Assembly: GCA_963662265.2 (NCBI GenBank)
Contig: CAXXHA010000035.1
Location: 160,001 to 224,000 of the forward strand
Direction: 5' to 3'
Source of the DNA: Spirochaetia bacterium
Lineage (GTDB): Bacteria; Spirochaetota; Spirochaetia; CADAEX01
DNA length: 64,000 bases
A model generated the notes under the pieces. The model worked only from the letters and a program-made list of their open reading frames with translations. It made no database searches and had not been told where the DNA came from. Positions 10,709-19,367 of this stretch are shown here, piece by piece (within the stretch, counting starts at the first letter, position 1; the number at the start of each line of letters is the position of its first letter). The position numbers were made by a program, and so were the translations under genes.

Positions 10709-11246
10709 ATGAAAAAACACAACAATATATTTTATGGATACAAGAGTCCTTCTTTTCGATTTAAACTGTATTCAGTATTATTTCTTTTAACCGCCACAGT
10801 ATCAGTAGTTTCACTTGATAAGGGAGATGAAGCAGCCAATTTTGCAAATATTGATCTATCTGGAAATTTTGAATTCTCAAAAAATTATATTGGAAAAGAT
10901 TGGGTGATAATGGACTTTTTTGCTACTTACTGTATTCCCTGTAAAGAGGAGATCCCTGAACTTGAAGCTCTTTATTCAGAATTCTCTGAAAAAGGACTAA
11001 GATGTTTTGTTTTTTGCAACAGATAAAAACGGGAAGAATGTTGTCGATCCATATTTTAAGGCAGTCCCTACAACGTTAAAAGTTCTTCTTGATAATTACA
11101 TGGTAACAGCAAAGCGCTTTAATGTTGAATCAATTCCTACTGTTTTTCTTATAAATCCGGAAGGTAAGATCGCTTTTAAAGCAGTTGGCTATAAAAAAGA
11201 ATCAATTGAAAAAATGCATGCTATATTGTCAGAAGCATTGAAATGA
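10709..11246 (+). CDS. TlpA/ResA-family thiol:disulfide oxidoreductase, split by one +1 frameshift
   Basis: DFFATYCIPCKEEIPEL (CxxC) and SIPTVFLINPEGKI. Removing one T from the run at 11010-11015 joins ORFs 10709-11026 and 11007-11246. Confidence 0.85.
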
Positions 11247-12154
11247 ATAGAATAATTCTGGTTCTTCTTTGTTTGTTCTTTATTCTGATCAGCATTGCCT
11301 ACTCAGCTGGTTCCGGGGAAAAAAAAGTTGATATATATTACTCTTCATCTCTTAACGGAAATCTTGACGGCTGTGACTGTAAAGACCACCCTAGAGCAGG
11401 TCTTGTAAAGCGGGCACATTATTTAAGAAATATAGAAAGAATAAAGTCCCTGCTTCTTGATGCTGGTGATGTTTTTGATTCTTATGAAGATTCTCTTCTT
11501 TCTGATTATATAACAGAGAGTTATGTGGAACTTGGTTATGATCTTGTTGCTATAGGAGATCAGGAACTTTCAAACGGGACTGAATATCTTTTAAAAAAAG
11601 TTAATAAAGGGCTTTTCAGGTGCAGCAACTTACAGCTTAAAACTTTATCAGGGGCGTTTAAGAAAATAACATCACCTCCAATTATAATTAAAAGGGGTGG
11701 GATAACTTTTTCTGTTATATCATTAATTGATCCTTCTGTGTTCATGTTTTATTCTGGAGAACTTAAGAAAACAATAAAAACAGATAATCCTGAATCATCT
11801 CTGTCTGATCTTCTAAAAGATAAAAAGGTTCAGTCTTCAGAAGTAAGAATACTTGTCTTTCATGGAACAATAAAATATGCTCGTATGCTTGCTAAAAGAT
11901 TTCCTGATCTTGATATTATTATTGCTGGGCATGAGCAAAAGTTAATTGATATGGAATATGTCGGAAATACTGTAATTTTATCTCCGGGGGAGGATGGGAA
12001 CAGGCTGGGGAAACTGACTGTTACATATACTGAAGAACAGCTTTTTTTAAAAAATAACTTTATTTTATTTGAATATATGAAAGATCCTGATGATGGCAAT
12101 ATCCGAATGAAGATTTATAAATATCTTGATGAAATGAAAAATAGGCTTAGGTAG
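11243..12154 (+). CDS. Exported UshA/5'-nucleotidase-like metallophosphoesterase-fold protein with CxC motif
   Basis: Signal peptide, GNLDGCDC..PRAGLVKRA, LLLDAGD, AIGDQE, IIIAGHE. Lacks the C-terminal 5'-nucleotidase domain. Confidence 0.75.
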   Translation: MNRIILVLLCLFFILISIAYSAGSGEKKVDIYYSSSLNGNLDGCDCKDHPRAGLVKRAHYLRNIERIKSLLLDAGDVFDSYEDSLLSDYITESYVELGYDLVAIGDQELSNGTEYLLKKVNKGLFRCSNLQLKTLSGAFKKITSPPIIIKRGGITFSVISLIDPSVFMFYSGELKKTIKTDNPESSLSDLLKDKKVQSSEVRILVFHGTIKYARMLAKRFPDLDIIIAGHEQKLIDMEYVGNTVILSPGEDGNRLGKLTVTYTEEQLFLKNNFILFEYMKDPDDGNIRMKIYKYLDEMKNRLR

Positions 12155-12168
12155 TTAGATTTAAAAAA

Positions 12169-12190
12169 CAGCTGCCGGATATGACAGCTG
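12169..12190. terminator. Hairpin between convergent genes
   Basis: CAGCTG-N10-CAGCTG with an A-tract on the left. Confidence 0.5.
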
Positions 12191-12205
12191 ATTTAATGAA
12201 ATACT

Positions 12206-12669
12206 TTAATAAATGTGTATGTATCGGGGAGCTTCATCTCCAGTATAATTCCAGCCGCTGCTGTTCCCATATTTGTCATAAATCCGAAGTTGCCAGTATA
12301 CGTCATTACCTGCAGTTAATGTTGTTGTAAATTGATATTCGGACTCAGTGACCGGATGCACTGCTGCAGAGGGGAGATCGTTTAACTGATAAAGCCCATC
12401 TGAAATCATATCTTGCAGCATTTTTAAGGTCAGGCCAGTCAAAAAGCGGTGTTGTGTCATTTGTCCAATCTAAGGGATGCCAGTTATATACACTTTCAAT
12501 ATCTCTTATTTCATAATCGCCTTCTCCTGTGACAGGATCGGTGTTTTTTTACCAGACACCATCCCTGATAATCTTCGCCATCCTTATCATATGGATTATC
12601 ATACCCGTGGCATGATAATATTAAAAATATAATGCTTATAATTATTATTAATTTAGAAAGTAATTTCAT
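12206..12669 (-). CDS. Lipoprotein of unknown function (frameshifted in this assembly)
   Basis: ATGA overlap with the upstream stop. MKLLSKLIIIISIIFLILSC lipobox. Two +1 shifts join it to ORF 12206-12460. Confidence 0.65.
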
Positions 12670-13787
12670 TGTTTTTCCTCCAGTGTAGATAGTTTACTTT
12701 TCAGTGTTATAATCTTGTTTTGGAAATCATTGGTTTTATCTTTTTTAAACCACATGATTGCTGATGTGATTAAAAATATATCGCCTGTAGTAATATATAT
12801 GATCCATAATTTATCATAAGTCTGGGTATCCTCTGTGTGTTTTTTCAATGTCTTCCTTGAAAATGGATTTTGCATAATTATCATAAGCTTCATCACTTTT
12901 CTCCTTGCAATAGTAAGCAGCACCAACAGATGCTATTCCCGCCCCTGTAAATACATATTTCAGGGACCTTTCTCCTCTTTGCTGCTTTTTTTTCTTTACT
13001 CAGCTTTTTCTCGAAGTAGGCTATTTCATTATTCAATCTGTTTTTTTTCTGTAATTCTGTCATACTCAGCCTTCTTCTTTCTGGACTTAGTAAGCAGTTT
13101 GTCAGCACGTGATTCAAGGTCTGCAAATGTGTATTTGCTGTCAATCATTGTTTTCAGGTGTTCTTCAACTTCTGAAGGGAATATTGATATGTCATCTTCC
13201 GAGATTGTTGTATATCGTGATTCAAGTTCCTCCTGCGTTGTAAGGAATACAGCGTATGTATCTTTTCTAAGCTCATCGCTGTAAGCAGTTGCGCTTGCTT
13301 TTTCTGTCTGTTTAAGTCCTGCTAGCTTGTAGGCAAGATCATCTGCAGAGTCAGGAAGTTTATCCATGGATGTAAATACAACTTTTTCCGCCTTAAGATT
13401 CTGCCCCAATGTTACATCGATGATTTTTGCATTTAGGGACAAAACCTGTTCCTACGCTTGAGAGTGTTTCCCAGTACTATTTTTTTCTGCTGCCAGGAGT
13501 TTTCCTATTTCTACAGCGCAGTTTTCATCTGTACAGCCTGTGAGTGTAAAAGCCTGCGCATTGAGTATTTCCTCTATCTGGTTCTGTTCTATTACAACAA
13601 ACTCTTCTGTCTGAACAAGTGCTGTTTCAAAAAGGCTTGATGCTGTTACTGCTTCTATTTCTGATACACCTACACCGCTGAACGGGATTACCGCCATTCT
13701 CGGTTTGTCCTGGGAGTAGACTGCAGATGCAAGGGAAATAAATAAAATCACATTTAGATATGTAACATTTCTTATAACTTTATTCAT
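12666..13787 (-). CDS. CsgG/HfaB-like exported protein with coiled-coil C-terminus (about 6 frameshifts)
   Basis: Signal peptide then PRMAVIPF...FVVIEQNQIEEILNAQAFTLTGCTDENCAVEIGKLLAAE. ORFs 13452-13787, 13029-13442, 12893-13144 and 12666-12926 join after removing single inserted bases. Confidence 0.75.
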
Positions 13788-13812
13788 GTTAATACTCCTT
13801 ATGATTATAGTT

Positions 13813-13828
13813 AGCAGGATTTGTGCCA
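13813..13828 (-). promoter_or_regulatory. Sigma54 -24/-12 promoter of the CsgG-like operon
   Basis: Minus strand reads TGGCACAAATCCTGCT, near consensus. AAGGAG SD follows. Confidence 0.85.
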
Positions 13829-13901
13829 GTGGTTGTTTTATTGTAAAGTTATGTTTTATAAGGAGTTATTTAATAATTTCCTTTATACATGTCATTATTA
13901 T

Positions 13902-13948
13902 GACAATAAAAGTTGACTTGGATTGTCGTAAAGAGACATTTTATTGAC
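13902..13948 (-). promoter_or_regulatory. Tandem putative enhancer (UAS) sites
   Basis: Minus strand GTCAATAAAATGTCTC (from 13948) and GTCAACTTTTATTGTC (from 13917). Confidence 0.7.
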
Positions 13949-14093
13949 AATAATATATTTTCGTTTTTTAGGAATATTATTCCTGGATGAAATAATCGAA
14001 GGTTTTATTATGATTTGTAAAATAAAAACTTGATTTCCGTTGAAACCTGTCCATATAAATATTTTTGCAGTTATTTTGACTGCGGAGAAATCT

Positions 14094-15598
14094 ATGAAAA
14101 AGTTTTTTTTTATCTTTCTTTTTTATTATTACTGTTTCTGCTTCTATTCATTGTTATGAAATATCTCAGTCTTCTTGGGATATTGGAACATTATCTTCAA
14201 GTTCCGGAATAAAAAAACTGGAAATTGAAATATATAATAATTCTGGAGAAAAAATAAAAATTGATATTATATCAACCTGCAGCTGTTTGTATTCAGATAA
14301 ACAAAATATTAAACTTTCAGCTGGTAAATCAGTTTCTGTTGTGTTTTTTTTTTGATCCTCTGGAAGAGAGAGGCAAAATATCCAAATACATGATTCTCCG
14401 TTCAACACAGGTCGGATTTTCTAAAGCTTTATTTGAAGTAACAGGTTTTGTTGAATCAGAATCAATTTCTGAAATTGTAAAAAACGGGCTTGATAATAAA
14501 AGCAGTTTTAAAGCTCTTGTAGAAAAAAATAATACTGAAAATACTGATATATCTGATAATGATGTATATATTAAATATTTTTACTCTGAAGGCTGTCGGA
14601 GCTGTTTACGGTTTTTTAAATGTTACTGTTCCTTCTCTTGAAAAAAAGTCTTAACAGAAAGATTTATGTTGATAGGCTGAATATTCTTGATGAAGAAATA
14701 TATAAAAAATATATTTCTGTTCTTTTTAAATTCGGCAAGGAGTATAATGCTGATATCCCTGCACTTTTAATAGATGAAAAACTTTTTAATGGTGAAGAAC
14801 AAATTACATCCGAATTTGAAAATGCGGTTAGAAATTATAAGGGGCTTTCTAAAATTCCAGATACTGAAACTAATACAGTAAAGGAATTTGTAATTGCTTT
14901 TATGCCTGTTGTAATAGCTGGTTTTCTTGATGGAATAAATCCATGTGTATTTTCAACACTTTTATTTCTTATATCAAGCCTTGTTCTTGCAGGAAAAAAA
15001 AGACAGGAGATTTTTTTTATAGGTATTTTTTTATTCAGCTTCAGTTTTTTTTAACTTACTTTTTAATAGGTCTTGGTCTTTTTCACGGATTGAGAAGTGC
15101 TTCTGTTTTCCCAGTAGTTTCTGAAATAATTAAATGGATTCTGATATTTTTTCTTTTAATAATTGCAGTGCTGAGTCTGTATGATTTTTTTCAAATCAGA
15201 AAAGGCCGTGCTGTTGATATTGTACTGCAACTTCCTTCCTTTTTGAAACTTCAGATCCACAGTGTAGTAAGAAAGCAGGCTAGAAACACCTCCATTATCG
15301 CCGGATCAGTTGTGCTGGGATTTCTTGTTTCGTTATTTGAACTTGCCTGTACAGGACAGATTTATTTTCCAGCAATTGCTTATATGCTTAAAACAGGGCA
15401 GAGAAGCGGGTATTTTTATTTAATAATTTATAATGCAAGTTTTATATTACCTCTTATGTTTGTATTTTTTCTAATCTACAAGGGAACAGGCTCTAAAGTT
15501 ATCACTCAGTTTTTTCAGAACCATATGGCAGGTATAAAAATATCTTTGAGTCTTTTATTTTTTTATTCTTAGTGGAGTTGTATTTTTTTTTAAATTAA
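14094..15598 (+). CDS. DUF1573 (Ig-like)-thioredoxin-like-CcdA/DsbD membrane fusion (multiple frameshifts)
   Basis: GGAG SD and ATG 14094. Reconstructed motifs IISTCSCL, YFYSEGCRSC, AGFLDGINPCVF, FELACTGQIY. The shifts fall in T/A-rich runs. Confidence 0.75.
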
Positions 15599-15628
15599 AG
15601 GTTTTCATGTTAAGGAAGTTTTTCAGTT

Positions 15629-15673
15629 GTCAACTAATGTTGTTTATAATTTAGTTTGTCAACTTTTATTTAC
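15629..15673 (+). promoter_or_regulatory. Tandem putative enhancer (UAS) sites
   Basis: GTCAACTAATGTTGTT (15629) and GTCAACTTTTATTTAC (15658). Confidence 0.7.
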
Positions 15674-15749
15674 AGTACTACTCGTATGTATAAATGTATA
15701 TTTTGTTGTAAATTGTTTTACAATAAACAGTTATCAGAAATGTAATAAT

Positions 15750-15765
15750 TGGTCTGAAATTTGCA
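15750..15765 (+). promoter_or_regulatory. Sigma54 -24/-12 promoter of the LPP20 lipoprotein unit
   Basis: TGGTCTGAAATTTGCA: GG(15751)-N10-GC(15763). Confidence 0.72.
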
Positions 15766-15809
15766 TAGTAACCTTTGAAGAATAATTAAATTATCAGAAG
15801 GAGATTATT

Positions 15810-16394
15810 ATGTTTAAAAAAATGATTATTGTTTTTGCAGCCTTTTTTGTTATTACTGCATGCGGATCCTCTCCAGCTCCAGCTCTTCTTGCAGCGCCTT
15901 CCCCTCACCCGCAAAAGCAGAATACAGATGTTCCCCAGTTTTTTCTACTGCCTCCTGTTGCAGAAGATGCGTTCTACGGGGTTGGATCTGCAAAAATGTC
16001 ATCAATTGATATGTCAAAGACAATGTCTATCTCAAGAGCGCGTGATGATATTGCAAGACAGGTAAATCTTCAGGTTAAGAATGCAATCACAGATTATGCA
16101 CAGGAAGCTGGAGCAAACAGTTCACAGACAATAAAGTTTGTTGAAACAGTTTCCCGGCAGATAGCAGAAGCAAAACTTCAGGGAGCAAAACCTAAGGAGA
16201 TGTATGTTTCAAAAGACGGTACAATTTATGCTCTTGTTGAATATCAGATTTCAAATTTTAAATCAGATGCAGATGAAATATTTAAACGTAATGAGGAAGC
16301 TGCATTTTCTGAATTCAAGGCAGCTCAGGCTCTTGAAAAACTTGATATGGAATTAAAGAATAATCCGACTAAATCTGTTCCAGTAACAGAGTAG
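15810..16394 (+). CDS. LPP20-family lipoprotein
   Basis: Lipobox ITAC. VPQFF...FYGVGSA...RARDDIARQV pattern typical of LPP20. Confidence 0.8.
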   Translation: MFKKMIIVFAAFFVITACGSSPAPALLAAPSPHPQKQNTDVPQFFLLPPVAEDAFYGVGSAKMSSIDMSKTMSISRARDDIARQVNLQVKNAITDYAQEAGANSSQTIKFVETVSRQIAEAKLQGAKPKEMYVSKDGTIYALVEYQISNFKSDADEIFKRNEEAAFSEFKAAQALEKLDMELKNNPTKSVPVTE

Positions 16395-16496
16395 TAAAAC
16401 TTGTGCCTTGATATAAGTAATGTAAGTTTTGAATTGAACTAATTAGACAAGTTTATTTAAAAATGTGAATAATAAATAAAATTATAGAGGATTATT

Positions 16497-17291
16497 ATGT
16501 TTACAATCAGTACAAGAAAAGATTATTCCGATGCAGATAAGATATCTGATATTGATCACTTTAGAGAAGTAGATACTGATACATTATCATACGGGAAAAA
16601 AATAAATTTATATAATTTGATTACAGCTAATGAAAAAGTCTTAATCCTTGTACATGGTTACAATAATGTATTGGAAGATACGCTTGAAGCATACCGTCAT
16701 ATACATCAAAGAATTTTTGATTACTCTGTAGGGTATGATAGAGTTATAGGATTTCTGTGGCCAGGGGGTGATTCAAAACTTGATTATCATGTTCCCAGGC
16801 AAAGAACAAAAGAAATTGCACCCAGGTTTGCATATCATTTAAGAAAAATATCAAATGTCTGTAAAACAAAAGTAGATATTATGTGTCATAGTATGGGTGT
16901 GCGAGTGGTGTTTGAAGCGCTTAATTATGTTGATTTTGAAGATATCGGTAATGTTTTTACACTTGCAGCAGCTGTTGATAATGAAAAAATTGAAATAGAT
17001 GAAAAATATTTTGAACCGGGACAAAAAGCTGATAACTTATTTGTTTTTCATTCAAAGCGGGATAATGCATTAAAATATGCTTATAAACTAGGTGATTTTG
17101 ATTCCGCTCTTGGACTTACCGGACCGGAAAATCCTGCTCTTATTCTTGCACATAATAAAAATACAAGAGTAATTAATTGCAGTAAAAAAATATTTAAACA
17201 TGGTGCATACAAGTATAAGAAGGATGTGTACATAACTATAAAAAATCATCTTGAGAACAATTCATATTATCAGATATTTGATACTCTTTAA
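16497..17291 (+). CDS. DUF900-family alpha/beta hydrolase
   Basis: VLILVHGYNN, FLWPG, nucleophile elbow CHSMG, LAAAVD, HSKRDNAL, ALGLTGP, HGAY. Confidence 0.85.
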   Translation: MFTISTRKDYSDADKISDIDHFREVDTDTLSYGKKINLYNLITANEKVLILVHGYNNVLEDTLEAYRHIHQRIFDYSVGYDRVIGFLWPGGDSKLDYHVPRQRTKEIAPRFAYHLRKISNVCKTKVDIMCHSMGVRVVFEALNYVDFEDIGNVFTLAAAVDNEKIEIDEKYFEPGQKADNLFVFHSKRDNALKYAYKLGDFDSALGLTGPENPALILAHNKNTRVINCSKKIFKHGAYKYKKDVYITIKNHLENNSYYQIFDTL

Positions 17292-17334
17292 AATTATTAA
17301 GTATTGGACAATACATTTAATCAAGGATTTATAA

Positions 17335-18264
17335 ATGATATACATAGTTTCCAACAGGCTTGTTAATCATGAAAAAAATGATGAAGAAGTCTTTTCTGAT
17401 GATTTTGACAATACCGGGTATGAGGTATTGAGGGTTGCAAGAGCTTTTTATGTTGACAGCGGCGAGTGGAGTATTGAGCTTGTTGATGAGGAATTCGGCA
17501 GAGGGAAATCTGATATCCCCCTTTATAAAATATTCAAGGAAGTTTCATTATCCGATAGAAGTTGTGTTGTATATATTCACGGTTATGATTTATCTGTAAA
17601 GGCTATTCTTGAAAAATGCATTGAAATTGAAAGGTATGGTGTAAATGTTATTCTTTTTTTATGGCCTCCAAATCCGGGCCCCCAGTTTTTATTTTCTAAA
17701 ATAAACATTTGCAAAAAAGCCCGGAAAAATGTCAGAAGATCTGTCATTGCTCTTGAAAGGTTTTTTGAAATATTATGTGACTTTTCAGAAGTTAACGGCG
17801 ATTCGGGACAGCTGAAAACACTTGCTGTTAACGGACTAGGGAACTATCTTCTTCAGTCTCTTGTTGTAAGTCCTGATTTCGATTTCCAGTGCTCAGTTTT
17901 TAAAAATATTCTTATTCACCAGGCCGATGTTGACTGTATAGGCCATGAAGTATGGCTTGATAAGCTTGGAAAAAAAAGCAGAGTGATTGTCACTATTAAT
18001 GAGACAGACAGTCTTCTTGATTATTCCAATACAGGCAGTCCTGAAAAACTCGGTAACTGTAACCGTTATATGGTGTCAAAATATGCAGGTTATTATGATT
18101 TTACAGAAGCTGATGGTGCTGAAAATGAAAACCGCCTCTGGGGTGATCCTGCGAAAAGAAACAAACATATAAGAGATTTTTTTACAGATGTTTTTACCGG
18201 TACAAAGATAAGAAGAAACGGTATAGGGTTTAACCCTGTTGATAACTGCTTTGAAGTGATATAG
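17335..18264 (+). CDS. DUF900-like alpha/beta hydrolase, probably inactive
   Basis: VVYIHGY, FLWP, HQADVD, INETD. The elbow reads AVNGLG with no Ser. Confidence 0.7.
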   Translation: MIYIVSNRLVNHEKNDEEVFSDDFDNTGYEVLRVARAFYVDSGEWSIELVDEEFGRGKSDIPLYKIFKEVSLSDRSCVVYIHGYDLSVKAILEKCIEIERYGVNVILFLWPPNPGPQFLFSKINICKKARKNVRRSVIALERFFEILCDFSEVNGDSGQLKTLAVNGLGNYLLQSLVVSPDFDFQCSVFKNILIHQADVDCIGHEVWLDKLGKKSRVIVTINETDSLLDYSNTGSPEKLGNCNRYMVSKYAGYYDFTEADGAENENRLWGDPAKRNKHIRDFFTDVFTGTKIRRNGIGFNPVDNCFEVI

Positions 18265-18440
18265 GATTAACTCTTCCAGACTACACATCCCCGCCAAGTC
18301 TTTTTATATGCTCCGATTTCCCGATTCCTGAATAAGGATTTTCCATTACTGCCTTGTAAGATCAAAGCATTTTAACTAAAGTGATTTTTAGTTTTTTCTG
18401 ATCCATGTAATGTCTTTTTCTTCCTGTGTAGAAATATTAA
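18265..18440 (-). pseudogene. yoeB: Txe/YoeB toxin remnant
   Basis: Manual translation gives ...KCFDL / KAVMENPYSGIGKSEHIKRLGGDV*SGRVN, matching the YoeB GIGKPE...WSRR motif with stops and a frameshift. Confidence 0.65.
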
Positions 18441-18654
18441 GAGTACATGATATGGATAAATTTTTCTTTCAGGCTTCATTCTTAATTTCCTGTATTTTTA
18501 ATACAAAATCAATTCTTAAAAAATCATAAAAATATAATTCTTAATCAGTATGTGCGTATCGATAAACCTTGACTTTTATTTGCAAATGCTGATTAATAGT
18601 CCCGGTTGTTAAACTTTTATTCATAAATTTTTACTTATTTGAGGATTAGATAAT

Positions 18655-19344
18655 ATGAAAAAGTTGCTTTTTTTGCCGCTTATACTTGTTCTGCTGACTG
18701 CTCTAGCTATTGGTCTCGGGGCAGCTGTAAAATATGATTCAGATCCTGAATATTCGCTTGGAAGCACACTCCTTGTTGATGGTGAAGTTTCAGATGTTAT
18801 CAGCATTGAAAACAATTCCGTAACTCAGTTGAACTCAGGATCAGGTGCTGGTAATGACAGCCTGATTGGCTACAGGCTGACTGCAGGGAATTTGGCGGGA
18901 TCTTTCGCTAATGCCATATACAGTACATTTGATATAGGATCAGATGATAAATTTACATTTTCACTCGGCATCCCTTCTGAAAACTGCCTGGTATCCTTTC
19001 CTGACGGAGGCTATGTAAAATCATTCAATCCTGATGCAAGGGTAGCTGTCACAGATATTCATGCTTTCTTTTCAGACAGCAGAACTTATGATAACAAAAT
19101 CATATACGGCAGTTTTTCCGGCAGGAACAATTACAGGGCAGATCTTTACATTTATTCGACAGAAAGTACAATGCTCACCGGTTCAGTTCCTGGTGATAAG
19201 GGTTTGACCGTGTACAATGTCAAACTTATGGCCGGGTGGAACAGGGTTCTGCAGATCAAAAAAGATAATCTTCTTCTGATTACAAACGGCGAGAATAAAG
19301 AGGGTAAATGGATACGGATAAAGAAGCTTAAGATGGAGTTGTAA
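18655..19344 (+). CDS. Exported or membrane-anchored hypothetical protein
   Basis: GAGGA SD, hydrophobic N-terminus, C-terminal YNVKLMAGWN. Confidence 0.75.
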   Translation: MKKLLFLPLILVLLTALAIGLGAAVKYDSDPEYSLGSTLLVDGEVSDVISIENNSVTQLNSGSGAGNDSLIGYRLTAGNLAGSFANAIYSTFDIGSDDKFTFSLGIPSENCLVSFPDGGYVKSFNPDARVAVTDIHAFFSDSRTYDNKIIYGSFSGRNNYRADLYIYSTESTMLTGSVPGDKGLTVYNVKLMAGWNRVLQIKKDNLLLITNGENKEGKWIRIKKLKMEL

Positions 19345-19367
19345 TTTCAAAAAGATAATTTATTTTT

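Noticed and set aside
10709-15598. Selenocysteine recoding in the redox genes
   Set aside because: All redox motifs use Cys codons, and the breaks are frameshifts rather than in-frame TGA.
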